From: Eledone cirrhosa
Taxonomy: Eukaryota
Assembly (NCBI GenBank): GCA_964016885.1
Contig: OZ024743.1
Span: 68,200,001-68,264,000, forward strand
DNA length: 64,000 nt
Direction of reading: 5' to 3'
In this document: positions 1-13,060 of the stretch, piece after piece
Numbering within the stretch: the first letter of the stretch is position 1
Layout of the letters: every line of letters starts with the position of its first letter
Position numbers and translations under genes: made by a program
Notes under the pieces: generated by a model
What the model saw: the letters and a program-made list of their open reading frames with translations, nothing else
Told to the model about the DNA's origin: nothing
Databases searched by the model: none

Positions 1-641
1 AGGGTATACTGGATGCGACATATATTATACGAGAATTAAAATTAAAATTAAAATTAAAAGAACAGAGTGAAATATATGCGACATATAATACAAGTCTAAT
101 AATTACAGACGCATTGAGAAAGAAGCATTGAGAAAGAATGAGTACATTAGCAGATAAAAGGAGACGTGTAGAATGTGCACATGCGTTAGTCATATATATG
201 AGAAGGAAATAAGCAAAGTTATTATGCATATATAGATAAATAAACAAATGAATACTGTATGGTAAGCAAATATGTTAATGTATTAAAATTTATGGCGGAA
301 TTAATATGATGATAGTATTCGAATTTGTGTGTGTTGAGAAAATCAAAGTTATTGTAGTCCATTACATATGTTTAATTATATTTTAGTTAATGTTTATATT
401 GAATGTTTTAAGTTAGTTACAGCAATGGATTGTAAATTGGTCTTATTGTATTCTTATTCATGGATTAGAGTTGTTCAACATGGAGGTTTCCAACGGTTTA
501 ATTTTCGGAAGTGAGTATGAGATCCAAGATTAAGGGGAGCTGATGCATAAGGGGACGTAACTAGCTAATTAAATTGAATTATTTAAATTCTTTGCTCTAA
601 TACACATTATATTGCGATACAAGTGAATCTCTATTACATAA

Positions 642-807
642 TTGTTTCTACTTTTGGTACAAGGCCAGCAATTACCCAGTGCATTACTGGTGATCGTAAG
701 GATGAAAGACAAAATTAACCTCGGCGGGATTTGAACTCAGAATGGCTAGGGTCGTAACTCTATTCGTCAAATCATGGCATCTGACCCTCTACCGATACTG
801 CCAATCC
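642..807 (-). mobile_element. tRNA-derived SINE (cephalopod OK-like family) inserted in the PLE 3' region
   Basis: Matches the copies at 29644-29832 and 43281-43459 (aaggccagcaattacccagtgcattactgg...aacctcggcgggatttgaactcag...ctaccgatactgccaatcc). Confidence 0.8.
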
Positions 808-3516
808 ATAATGTTATATATTTATACTTAATTTTAAATACAGTGTATTTTCCCATAATACATTAAAGGTCTCATTAGATTGTTATCTATCCTTAACTGG
901 ACAAGATATATGTTATGGAAAATTGTATAGCTGTTTACATGTCCAAATAATTAGATTATTTGTGTAATAATATATATTGTTGTGTTAAAAGTTAATCCCT
1001 TATATACAATTTCAATATTTAATTATAAATGTATATATAATTTATTATTACATTAAATGTCTCTACATATTATATATCCATTACTGTATATAATATAATT
1101 AAGCTATAGTAGTTATATTAAAAGGTGGTAACTTTATGTTTAATTCTAATAGATATTATGGAGCATAAGGTTAGAGATAAATAGGAGTTGTGTAGAGGAA
1201 AGAGCTGATCAAAGAGTGTGTTGCTGTGGGGGCTGATAACTCCTAGAGGTGTAGTGTTAATAGTGGTGAGGAATTCAAATCTCACATTGTTATATACTAG
1301 CAGCTAGGTTTAAAGTTATGGAACGAGTGTCGGTAGTGGTGCTGGCATGAGGAAATTATTCTGATTTTCTATTTAGGAGGTCTAGTTTCGAAAAGATTAT
1401 AGTACGGGTCTTTAGAAGACAGAGGGTACACAATGTATTCGGTGGTTTTTAGGATGTGGCCCTACCTACTACTTCCCATTGAAGTGAAAATGATCTATTC
1501 CTAGTTTTCAGAGAGTGTACGTAGCTAGATAAAGAAGTGGAGTTGGCTAGATTGTGTTTTTTGAAAGAGTGGAGGTGCGAGTTGTATCTCGTCTTGAAGC
1601 AGTTCGAAGTAGAGCCAATATATGTTTTAGAAGAGATGTTTGTATTGACTGTGCATGAGTAAATGATGTCTTTGATTAAGCAATTTTTACCTAAGGGGCA
1701 AGTTGTATTATTTCTACAGTTTCATTTATTCTGGATCTTTGCTTGCCGGTTACTATGTTGTGTAGAAGTCTGGTTGCTAGGGATAGCATTAGGGTAATGC
1801 TGGCTGTCGTTCCTATTGTTATTGATTTCATTAGTGCTATTACCATTATTACCATTACTACTAGGATTTACCGGTACTAAGTTTACCTCCTGTTGTGTTT
1901 TAATTAGTTGAAAATAATTATTAATCTTCCTTTTATTACTACTAGCTATATGGTATGCGATGTTAGGTATGTTAGAGTAGGAGATTTTAATGGTATTTTT
2001 ATTGATAAGATTATGCTACTTGTGGCCGGATGGGAAGTTTATTCCAAGATTGAGAAGAAAGCCTTAGGCAAGTTGGTAGAGACGTTTAGATTGAAAGGGG
2101 GATTGAAGAATGTATTAGTTCTTCTATTTTTGTGTTTTGTAATGTTTTTAAGTTATTTGTATTCATGTTTATATTATTATTGTGGTGTTTACTTTAGTGC
2201 GAGTTAAGTTTGATATTACCCTTCGTATTAGAGCTATAGTACTTTTATTATTTTTTCCTCATGCCCTATTGTGAGAAATAATTTTGTAACTACGTGATTT
2301 TATAGGTAGGAATTCAATCCCATACTTATGTCCTGATTTAGCTAAGGCCTCATTATATTATTGGGAATTATTGTTAAATATGGTTTCGTTATATGATAGA
2401 TTACAGATTCTATTAGCTATTTCTTTAGTAATTGAGTTTAATATGGATTTAGGGTGGTTAGAGTTGGTATTCACTTAAATTAGTTTTTCGTTTGGTTTTA
2501 TGAAAGGGTGTGTATATTTTAGAGTCCAGGCAAAGGGTAGCATCAAGGAACTTAACTTTTTTAGTGTTTTTATCTAAGGTGATACTTAAGTTGAAGTTTT
2601 TGAAAACTTTATGTAATTGTTTCCTAGTTTTTTCTATATTAAATTTGTTATAGTCTATAAGGAGTAGTGCATCATCGCGGTATAAACCACCATTGATGTA
2701 GGGTAGGTTCTTATGAATTTCATTTAGTAGATATAGGCCCACCAAATCAGTGACCTGCTCCACTAGATCCCATAGTTATGTCAAGGTTGTTATACATATC
2801 CTTGCGGGTACATAATTGATCTTCAAATGTAATTATGGTTTTTCGGGCCGCAGGTTTGATATCAATTTGGGATCTAGTCAGGTCATTATTGTTCATGGCC
2901 ATTATTAAAGCCTTATTTAATATGATAAGGGAAATAGAAGTGTAGTATGAATTGATATCAAATTGTTATTCTCTTTAATATCCTTGAACCATTCAATAAC
3001 TTCACCTGTATTTCCCCATTGATTAAGATATATGCTGTGCTTAAATTGTGGGATGATTCTATCTGATATTTTCTTGCTGATAATACTAATATCAGAAATA
3101 TCATCATATTACTTCCGCCATACATTCTAATACATTAACATATTTGCTTACCGTATAGTATTTATTTATTTATTTATCTATATATGCATAATACCATTGC
3201 TTATTTCCTTCTCATATATAAGACTAACGCATGTGCACTTTGTACACGCTTGCATATGTACTGCTAATGTACTCATTCTTTCTCAATGCTTCTTTCTCAA
3301 TGCCTCTTCAATTATTAGACTATTCTCTTGTATTATCTGTCGCATATATTCCACTCTGTGCTTTTCATTTTAATTTTAATTTTAATTCTCGTATAATATA
3401 TGTCGCATCCAGTTCACCCTCTAAATACGAAACTGTTGCTCACAACATAATTATGTAAGTATCTATATGATTCTTCAGTTGAATAGGAGGTTAATTATAT
3501 GTACAAACATTGATAA

Positions 3517-3563
3517 TGCTCCGATTATTCCAAACGAAAGTTTGGAAGAAACGATTGTCAGCA
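3517..3563 (+). ncRNA. Degenerate type I hammerhead ribozyme in inverted pLTR
   Basis: tgct-CCGATTA-ttccaaac gaaa gtttggaa-GAAA-cgattg-TC-agca: all three stems intact, core mutated at positions 4 and 8. Confidence 0.6.
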
Positions 3564-3726
3564 ATTAAATGATTTGAACACAACTTTGATAATTATATAA
3601 TTTATTTTCCTGCTCTGTAAAACACCTGATGTTCTTACATTCAGCTATTTATCTTACTGGTAATAAGGTAGTAAGAAATGTCTGACCTTTCCTGTTTATA
3701 GTTGTTTATAGTATATAAATAGTATC

Positions 3727-3772
<46 letters not shown>

Positions 3773-3779
<7 letters not shown>

Positions 3780-6700
3780 ACAGGGAGAAAGAGACGATTA
3801 TTAGGAAGAAAAATATATTGTTTTCCTATTTTATTTCTCTCTCACATTTTCTGGGTTAGAAAATGATTAAAACGAAATGTTTTACTTTGTGTGAAGTTTT
3901 AAGGTATTAGTTGATTTATTTATTATTTAACAATGGCATTTATTTATCTATTTATATATTTAATAATTGTCTATTACCGGTTTCACCATTTTTATGCATT
4001 ATCAATTGATAGTGAAATGTATTAATGTAGTGTCGCACATATTAAAGAGAAGGTACAGAAATAATAATGTTATTTACAAACAAGGTTTATGAAGTGAAAA
4101 GAAAAAAACAAAAAAGAAAGAAAAACGGATGTAATGTAGAGGATAAAAAGTCAATGTGAAAGAAAAAATAATGTTATCTACAGGCATAGTTCTTGAAGTT
4201 AAGCAGATCAAAATGTGTTAATATAGCAAGAGGGCTTAAGTGGTCCATGATTCCATGATGGAGGCAAATGGTAGACTGAGGTTTAATATGATTTCCCTTT
4301 TTAGAGAGTTAATATGCAGGGTGAAGCAATTCTTGCTGATGATATTTAATTTATTTAAGGATTAGGTAGGGTGTGAGGGAGGTAACTCTTGTAAATGTTT
4401 GATTGTTTGCTGCAGTTTTAGCTTGGTCCGATTTTTAGAGCATTAAGTAGGGGTTGGAATTTGTTAATAAAATATGTTTACTTATTGGTACGTTGGATGA
4501 AAGTAGCGTTGTCTATGAATTTGTAAATGGGGAAAATTTTAAAGTTTGGATGTTGGTTGTGAGCACAATTGGCGATATGTTCACTAAATGCAATCTTTCT
4601 GTATTCCTGTATTTTAATTTGTGATTTATGGACGGTCAAACGTTGATGGAGGCTGTTTTTTGTCTGTCCTATGTAGTGCTCTTGATAACCTGAGCGGTCA
4701 AAACATAGATCAGGTTTTCAGATGCACATGTAAAGTTGTGTTTAACTTGAAACGCTGTCCTTGTTTAAAATGGAATGTTGAACCTTCTATTAGATTTATG
4801 CATATGCCACAGTTGGGCCTTCCGTATTTTGTTACTGTAGGGTTCATTGTGAGGGTTTGTTGGATTTTGGCTTCTGTGAGGATATTCTTTATGGATTTAG
4901 GTTGTTTTTTGCTCTTTCTGATGTTGTGTGTTTGGAGGATTTTGTTAATTCTTGGGTCTCTTTTTAGTAAAGGAATGTTCTGGAGTATGGTGTCGAATGC
5001 CTCATTGTTAAGGGGGTTGTGTGTGGAGATCTGTGGTAGAGTTTTTTGTTGCGGTTCATTCCTGCGTTTGGGGTGTCTGAGTTCCTGGATGTCTAGTTTT
5101 AGGGCACGTTGGAATCCATTGTTGATTAGGGATGGTGTGTAGTTTCTGCTGATAAGTGTGTTATTAATTCTTCTAGTCGTGCGTAGCATGTGTATTTATC
5201 TGAAACTATTGTGCAGATCCTTCTGGCTTGGTTATAAGGAATTGTCATTTTGGTGTGTCTAGGGTGGCACGAGTTGAATGGAAGGTATTGTTTGGAGTCT
5301 GTGGGTTTGTAGTATATGTCTGTTTCTATTTTGTTGCTTGTTTTCTAGATGAGGATGTCGAGGAAAGGGAGTTGTTCATGGCTGTAATCCATTGTAAATT
5401 GTAAGTTTGTGTTGAGTCCATTCAGAAGGGTTTTAAAATCGAACAGTCTATTTATACTTACATGCCAGATGATGAAGCAGTCGCCCAGATATCTCTTCCA
5501 GTTCTTTTCTAAGTGTTGGTAGAAGTGGTTGCCGTATTTGTCTAGAACTTTGCGGTAGAGAGTGGTTTCCAAATATCCCATGACAAGGTTGGCGTATGAG
5601 GGGGCCACTTTCGTGCCCATGGCAGTCCAAGATTTCTGTCTGTAGTGTTTGGCATTGAATTCGAAGAAATTGTTTTCCAAGATGAATTTGACTCCCTCCA
5701 ACACAAATTATTTAGGGATGCGCTGTGGGAGTTCACTAGGGAAATTTTCAAGCCAGAATTGTATTGTCTCTATACCTAGGTTGTGTGGGATATTGGAATA
5801 TAAATTGATGACATCAAAGGTTACTAGTAGGGTATGTTCATTATTGAGTGTTGTTGGGAGGTGGTTGAGCATGTCAAGGTCGTCCCTTATGAAGCTTTTT
5901 TATGTTTTAGGAAAGGTTTAAGCAGAATATCGAGGAAGTTGCTTAGGCGGTGTGTTTCACATGTTATGCCTGCTATTATGGGGCTTAATTTAAGGTCATG
6001 AGGAGGGGCTATATTGATGTAAACGTATGTGGCTTGCTTGCAGGCCCTACCTATTACTTCGTTTTTGTGTGTCTTTGGGATACCGTAGTAGTGGCTGGTT
6101 TTGCTTTTGAAATTGGTGATGTAGTTGTATTCCTTGTCTGTAAGGCCTTCTTTGTAAAGGGTTGTTAGGGATTTTAGGTTTCTCATTATTTTCTGTTGTG
6201 TGTAGTGTTGGGCCTTTTCATAATATGTTAGGTTTTATAGAGTTGAAGTTCTAGAGTTGTGTAATAATCTGTCTCCATAAGGACTACTGCACTCCCTTTA
6301 TCTGCCGCTTTGATTGTTAGGGTTTTGTCGTTTTTTAGACTGTTAAGACCATTCCATTCTGTTTTGCTTAGGTTTGGTTTTTGTTTATGTCTGTGTAGGT
6401 GGTGGTATGGTAATTACTCATGTGTTCGCAGAATTGATCGAGGAATCTGTTCTTGCCTTTTGGTGGGGTGTAGTTGCTTCTATTTCTGGTTATTGAGTCA
6501 TCCTCATTGTATTTATCGTATAGTTGTTCGCTGAGTCTTAGTTTTCTACAGAATTCTGCAATATCTTCCTTCATTTCGGGGTAGTTTGGTTGTTGGGAAG
6601 TTGGTGTAAACTTTAGACCTTTGGAGAGTATGTTCATTTGGTCTATTGTTAATTCTTTAGAGGTTAAATTGACAAGATTTATTGCATTTTGTGTCTCCTG

Positions 6701-8385
6701 TGTGTTTTGTGTTATCTTGTTATCCCGTGTCTGTGTGCTGTGTCTAAAAAATGATTACGGAAGTTGTGATGGCTATTGAAGTTTGGATGTCTCTTATAGT
6801 TGTAATGTCTGTTTGGATGTCTCTGCTGTTGTTGTAAGATGGTGTGTAGCTGTGGTGGTTGTTGAGTTTAGGTTGTATCGTGTGGTTGTATTGAGCCCTG
6901 CTGATGTTGTTGTAGCGTGTGTAGATTTGATGGACGTGGTTATAGGGTGTGAAGTTGTGGTGGTTGTTGAAGTTGGGTTGTATCGTATAAGTTGTGTTGA
7001 CCACTGCTGTTGTTGTAGGGTGTGTAGACTTGGTTGTAGTTGTAGTAGGGTTGTCTTGTGTGGTCATATTGAGTCCTGTTGTTGCTGTTATATGGTGTGT
7101 AGCTATGGTGGTTGTAGTGGTTAGGGTGTCTCGTGTGGTTGCATTGTCCCCTGCTGGTGTTGTTGTAGTAGGATGTCGTTAGTGGAGGAGTGTAGATTAG
7201 GGTTTCCTTATAGCTGGTGTGTGGTTGTGAGGCCCTGTGCGACATGTGTGGTAGTTGTGTATTTTGGGTTCTATGTTGGAAGTAATTATAGTTGTGGGTT
7301 TGTTATGTGGGGATGTCAGGGGGGTTTTAAGTGTGGGGGATTTTATGGTTTCTCCTGGTGGGAGAGAAGTTGTAGTGTCTATGTTGTAGCTGATGTTTCT
7401 CTATTACTATATTTGTTGCTTGGGAATCCGTGTGATAGTTGTGTGGAGGATGTAGGAGGTAGGGGCGAGGTGATGCCTTCTTTTGTTGGTATGTGGGGAG
7501 GTATTGCTTTTTGTTGTTGTTGGTTGTTGTGTGGTGTTTGGGTGTTGATTGAATTTTCTTGTTATTATGGATTTAATGAAGGGGTTATTGGATGTGTGTT
7601 GAAAAGTGTTTCATAGTTAGAGAACCAGGTTTCGTTTATTTCCAAGCGTTGAAGGGATTTAAATTCTTCCTTATTACAGTCCTCTAACCATCATTTTGAA
7701 ATATTTTCTAGGGTGGTGTCTTTGGTTATATTGATAATTGCTAGATTAATCTCATCGTCGATTGATTTGATCCTATCTTCATTTGCTTGGTCTCTCAATT
7801 TAAGGAGTTCAATTTCGGTTTTTATGTTATCAAGTGCCATTCTTTCCCTGAGGTGTCTTTGTGTCTCTGGTTCGTTTGGGATGGATTTAATTTGTAGTTT
7901 GCGGGGGTTGATTAATGGGGATTAGTCAATCCATTTTTCATAAATCTCCGCTTTGTTATTGTTTTGTATCATCTTCCAAAAGAAGGCTTTCCTGTTTTTA
8001 AGAGATGTGTACCATTGTGGTATTAATTCGTTTTTTATTTGGTTTGTGTTGTTATTCAGGTGTGTTTTTATTGTTTCACATAAGTTATTGATATTGTCGT
8101 TGATTTCATAGGATGTGTATTTGGGGATTGTTTCTTCACTTGTAGAGTTAAGTTTGTTGGTGAGTAATGACAAATTAGAGTTCATTTTTTGTAGTTCTTG
8201 GAGAATCTCTTGATTGATGCTAATGAGAGTGGAGTCTGTTTTTGTTTCAGTAGGCAATTTCTGTAGCTCGTGTGGGAGTGAATAATAATAATAGTAATAC
8301 AATGTGGAGAGGAAGCACACGAGTTAGGATATATATATGAAAACAGGGGGAAAGAGACGATTATTAGGAAGAAAAATATATTTTT
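3773..8385 (-). mobile_element. Near full-length degraded Neptune-like Penelope element
   Basis: Fragmented ORF: long N-terminal region (8320-6640); RT (LSKGLKFTPT, ADKGSAVV, YYGIPKTHK, FDVINLYSNIP, TAMGTKVAPSYANL, WKRYLGDCF, LPFLDI); linker GRPNCGIC; GIY-YIG (LIYV..YIGQT..RLTVH). A ~50-bp direct repeat lies at 3773-3828 and 8335-8385. Confidence 0.9.
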
Positions 8386-8549
8386 CTATGTATATACATA
8401 TATGTATATATATGTTTGTATATATATACATATATGTATCTCAGGCGCTGCTGAGAGGTTACTGGTAAAAGTTGGATCTAGCTGTCGAAATGGCCTGAGC
8501 TCGGCTGTCGGCGTCCTGTATCTTTTCATATATATATATATATATATAG

Positions 8550-9410
8550 TGGTAGAACACTGGAAGGTAATATCCGTAGTGGTAGAGCACTCAGTCCATG
8601 GGACGAATTAGGTAGAAGTGGTCACACAACAGTTAGTTCACCATACCGAGAACAATTGTTTCACCTTAGAGGATCCTCAGCTCGTAATGGGCATGGTTAT
8701 ACGGAACAGGAAGGAAGACCGTACGAACGCGCATGCGCAGAAACCCGTCGCTTCACAGGGGCAATACTAAAATGCGTGCGAGAGGTTGTAGGGAGATAAC
8801 TGCGAAAGTCCGAAAAGTGTTTAGTTGATTAGAAAAAGATATTGATGTTGTTACAATAATTCATTCAATCCGCAGCTTTGTAGTTATGGAATAGATGTTT
8901 CGAGACGTGTGGACAACGTGTGAAAAATTCATTACTCGTGTTTAGGCAATCAATATTGCATAATCTATTTAGAATATTTATTCGTTCGTCAATACGCAGT
9001 CCACACGACGGATTTCCCCTTGCGTATGGCTTGGACTTAGTGATGGCTTTCCATTGAGTGGTGTAGTCTATACTTGAGTCCTTGAGGGACCATACGTGGC
9101 TCGCGAGTTTCGTGGATGAATGTCTGTCCGGGTACCTAAAGGTTGACCGATGTTTCAGGAAATGTTCCTTAAAGCGGCCCTCCAACATGCCCACATAGGA
9201 TTTGACCTCCTGTGGTTTGTTTGGTCGGTTGGAAGTGATCACAGCTTCATAAATTATAGCTGTAGAATTCATATTTAATTTGTTGGAATTCCGACAAACG
9301 TTAAATGCTTGTAACTGATTTAGAGCACTCAACAGTTTAGTGGAGTAAATGTTCCAAGATATTAAATAAATGGAAACTATATTTATAAAACTATATTTAT
9401 TTTATTATAT
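8550..9410 (-). mobile_element. PLE fragment: GIY-YIG endonuclease domain plus 3' UTR, preceded by a pLTR tail
   Basis: ORF 8865-9332 has IIYEA..YVG..F.E.F.KH..F..H.T.LA.HVW.LK..W..C..E..LN..E...C.H. HHR at 8647-8684. Positions 9270-9410 resemble the pLTR tail of the 19.4-24.6 kb family. Confidence 0.8.
8647..8684 (-). ncRNA. Minimal type I hammerhead ribozyme
   Basis: Reverse complement reads cgag-CTGAGGA-tcc tctaa ggt-GAAA-caattg-TT-ctcg; stem II is weak. Confidence 0.65.
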
Positions 9411-9411
9411 A

Positions 9412-11100
9412 CTAGCAGATTTTCCCGGCGATGCTCAGGGTTTGAAATTATGCTAAGAATATACAGCTAGGAAGTAAAAGAAGTACTTTATTTGTTCCCA
9501 ACCTCTCAAAAATAAGCAGAAGTGTTCAATAATTAATGCAAACGAATATTTAGTGCAATCTTTGTACACATAAATCTATGTTGATAATGAAGGAAAACAC
9601 TGAACAGGATGTAGTTATACAAATGATTAAAGACAATACACGTTGCAAATCTGTAAAAAAACAGGCAGTTTTGCTAAAGTACAAAAAGTTGTAGTGAAAG
9701 CAGAGTTGTATACAAACAAAAAAACAACGAGAGTAGAATAAGAGAAAATCTATTCTTTGAGAGCATCCTTTGCTGTGTATGGTTACATTTTGAACTTATA
9801 ATCCAAAATATCCTGCATGGCATATTCATTGGTATGTTTTTTAATGAGTAAGGTGAAGTCAAGGCAGAGCTGTAATAAGTTTTTTTGTTAACACTAAAGC
9901 ACTTCAGGATAGACGATATTCTTTGTTTTTCTTTTCGGAACAAACGCAAAGAGATTATCTCGACTGCCGACTCGTGCGAAAAGCAAGGTTCATCCAAGTG
10001 AATTCCAGTGACGGACAGAGTTTCAACTTGCGACTTGTTTATGGACATCACAAAGGCAACACGAAGGGGAAATTGGGTTCGGCGAAAGGAGAAGGGTGTA
10101 TCCACGGCTGATGTAGTCAGGCTAATTTTTGTTATTATCACATCCGGATAAAATGGTAGCGTCAAAACTAAGTGGAGACAGTTTTTTAACCACACGGCGT
10201 GTACCATTGCATAGTTTTGGAGTAGCGATATTTCTCAGCAAAATAACTGGCGTTCCCTCTTTCAGAACCTATGTATTAGGATTTAAAGAATTTAGAAATT
10301 CAACTGGATAGTTAACCGCATCCTGTGGATCACATAGAGTATCAATATATTTATATATCTGTGGACATCCAGGAAGAATCCTGTTCAGTATGTTCCTTCA
10401 TTGTGAAAAAAGTTTGATGTGTACGAATACAGCTGGAAGCATAGATAATGCCTGCCTTAAATGTGGACGAAATTACTTTAAAAATGTAAAAGCTGTATGT
10501 CCCAATGGTTTGAATAGAAAGTCCCATAAGGATTGTTCTAAAAATAAACAAGCCATCATCAAAATCTCGTCAATTTGAGACTGCTGCGAGATTAGGCCCT
10601 TACCGCGAAAATTAACACTTAATATTTTGAAACAAGTTAAAACAACAAGTGTTTTTTTAACTTTGAAAGTGCATCAAAGAATAAACAAGAAACAAACGAT
10701 AATATTGGTGATTTATCTTCAAATGAATATGATGTTTATATTTCTGAAATTTCGTCCGACGCTGATTGTAGTTTTAAAATTGAAAATGTAAGTCTCCATA
10801 TCTCACTCTCTTTATAAGGATTGTCAATAAAGTTGGTTATCTCCCTTTTTTTATAAGGATTGTCAATAAAGTTGGTTATCTCCGTTACATCTATTTTGCT
10901 ACCGATAATTTTGATATCGATTTTTTATTGCTTAACGTGGGTCGATTGTAGAAGAGTTTGTGATGTCACCACCTTAGTGACCTGTGCAACGTGCACAGAA
11001 AATCTGGTCAAATTCGATTGGTAATTGTAAAAGCCTTAGGTTTCCAAAGTTGTACACAGACACACACACACATCAAACCTTATCAGTCGGAAAATTCACT
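9412..11100 (-). mobile_element. Helitron derivative with PIF1-like helicase C-terminal fragment
   Basis: FSFRRTQFPLRVAFVMSINKSQ..L...GIHLDEPCFSH (ORF 9674-10207). Subterminal hairpin (ccctgagcatcgccggg) followed by CTAG|T at 9412 on the minus strand. 5' boundary uncertain. Confidence 0.8.
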
Positions 11101-11572
11101 GGATAGTGGAAACATATTAAGGGTTATTCAGAGTCATGTGTGAATATACAAATGAATGTGTAAATAATTGAGAAAACAACCGTTTATTTAAATGACGCTG
11201 GAGAAAGAAAGGTCAGAAAGCGAGAGAGAAAAAATTATTATTTTGAGATCGATAGAGAGAATAAATTTACAAGGGGATGAATAGAAGTCATGTAACGTAA
11301 ATAAGTTTTAAGTTTATATCTAGTAATGATACGTATATTTACTTTAAGTTGTTGTTATAATTATTTTCTAATATAATATAAAATTTACTATTATAAGTAG
11401 ATAGAGAAAATAGATATATATATATAAAAAATATATATAGCAAAATAAATATATATAAAAGATTAGATAGAAAAATAACCCATTTTGTCAAAGATATAAG
11501 TGTTGAAAGATCTATTATAATAAAGACATATCCATTATAACGGATATGTCTTTATTTATAAAACACACTTTG

Positions 11573-11637
11573 TATTTTATCTGATGAAAGCGCACCAAGG
11601 TTCCCTCGGTTGCCCTTGAAATATATATAATAAAATA
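11573..11637 (+). ncRNA. Type I hammerhead ribozyme in pLTR
   Basis: tattttat-CTGATGA-aagcgcacc..ggttgccctt-GAAA-tatata-TA-ataaaata. Confidence 0.8.
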
Positions 11638-11827
11638 AATATAGTTTCCATTTATTTAATATCTTGGTATATATATATATATAAACACATAAATAATTGT
11701 TTCTACTTTTAACAATTTAGAATTTAGGTGATGTTTACAAGAACTAAACAAATTCATACGTACATTAATAGAGTCTTACATTTAAGTATGATGAAAATTT
11801 CCTCAACACATAATTTGCAAAATCTAG

Positions 11828-11918
11828 ATAAAGCTGTGTTTCGGTATGCAGGTGCTTTTGAAATTATTTAACTTGGGAAATAATTTCAAAGCACCTGCAT
11901 ACCAAAACACAGCTTTAT
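11828..11918. repeat. ~41-bp-arm near-perfect hairpin
   Basis: ataaagctgtgtttcggtatgcaggtgcttttgaaattattt / aaataatttcaaagcacctgcataccaaaacacagctttat with an 8-nt loop. Confidence 0.9.
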
Positions 11919-11989
11919 AATAAAATAAATATAGTTTCGATTTATTTAATATCTTGGTGTATATATATATATATATAAACACATAAATA

Positions 11990-12100
11990 ATTGTTTCTAC
12001 TTTTAACACAAGGCCAGCAATAACCCAGTACATTACTGGTACTTTATTTTATCGACCCCGTAAGGATGAAAGGCAAAGTTAACCTCGGCGGGATCTGAGA
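11990..12100 (-). mobile_element. OK-like SINE, partial
   Basis: Same family sequence as 43281-43459. Confidence 0.8.
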
Positions 12101-12659
12101 CTGAAAATAACAGCTAATTAAGTAATGTCGTCTTCTCGTCTTTATCTACATTTTCTCTCTGAAATGCAAATCCTCAAATTGCTTTTTTTCCATCGGACAG
12201 GAAAGCAGAACCATTTCCTCGGCGGAGAGCGAAGGGGATGTGCAGAGCGATCCAATCTAACTTGCAAGGCTCATTCTAAACAAGGACCATTTTGGTCCCG
12301 ATTGCAGCAAGTAGGGAGGTTGTTTAGTGACCAAAGACTCCAAATATTTTCGTGCTAAAATATCTGAGGTTTTTTTATGGCGATAAACCATTATTGATGA
12401 AGAGCTTATCACGGAATACTTTTGACGTCAGAATGGATGCAGCAGATTCTGTAATGTTATTAGCTTAATTACGAATGGAATATATTTTTGAAAAAAAAAC
12501 AACATAAAACGCCTATAAGCCGATTTAACGTCCAACGGATTTTACAAGAATTTTAGAATTCTTTTTAACGAAATACGAAATATTCATAATTTTGATTTTC
12601 TTTTGACAGGTAAAACACTTTCTACGAAACAACAACGTCATTATGTGTATGTTCATAAA

Positions 12660-12685
12660 CAGACAGACACATAAACAGACAGACA

Positions 12686-12778
<93 letters not shown>

Positions 12779-12914
12779 TTACTCTTGTCTCTTACCTTTT
12801 CCATACATCCCTTCTTATACGTATCTACTCACCCTCACATCTCACTCCCCTCTCCTCCCCTTTCTTTAACTCTCCATCTCTCTCTCCCTTATTAACTCCC
12901 TCTCCCTCTCTCTG

Positions 12915-13007
<93 letters not shown>

Positions 13008-13017
13008 ATATATATCT

Positions 13018-13048
<31 letters not shown>

Positions 13049-13060
13049 CATATACATATG
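12660..13060. repeat. Compound microsatellite (CA)n/(CT)n/(TA)n
   Basis: Direct reading of dinucleotide tracts. Confidence 0.95.

Larger units (their letters stand above)
1..3700 (-). mobile_element. 5'-truncated, degraded Penelope-like element (Penelope/Poseidon type) with inverted pseudo-LTR
   Basis: Minus-strand RT remnant (GGLYRDDALL, KFLDATL; 2330-3080) and GIY-YIG remnant (CPL..NCLIKDIIYSC..YIGSTSNCFKTRYNSH; ~1400-1730). Positions 1-295 are the reverse complement of ~3112-3420. Confidence 0.85.
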
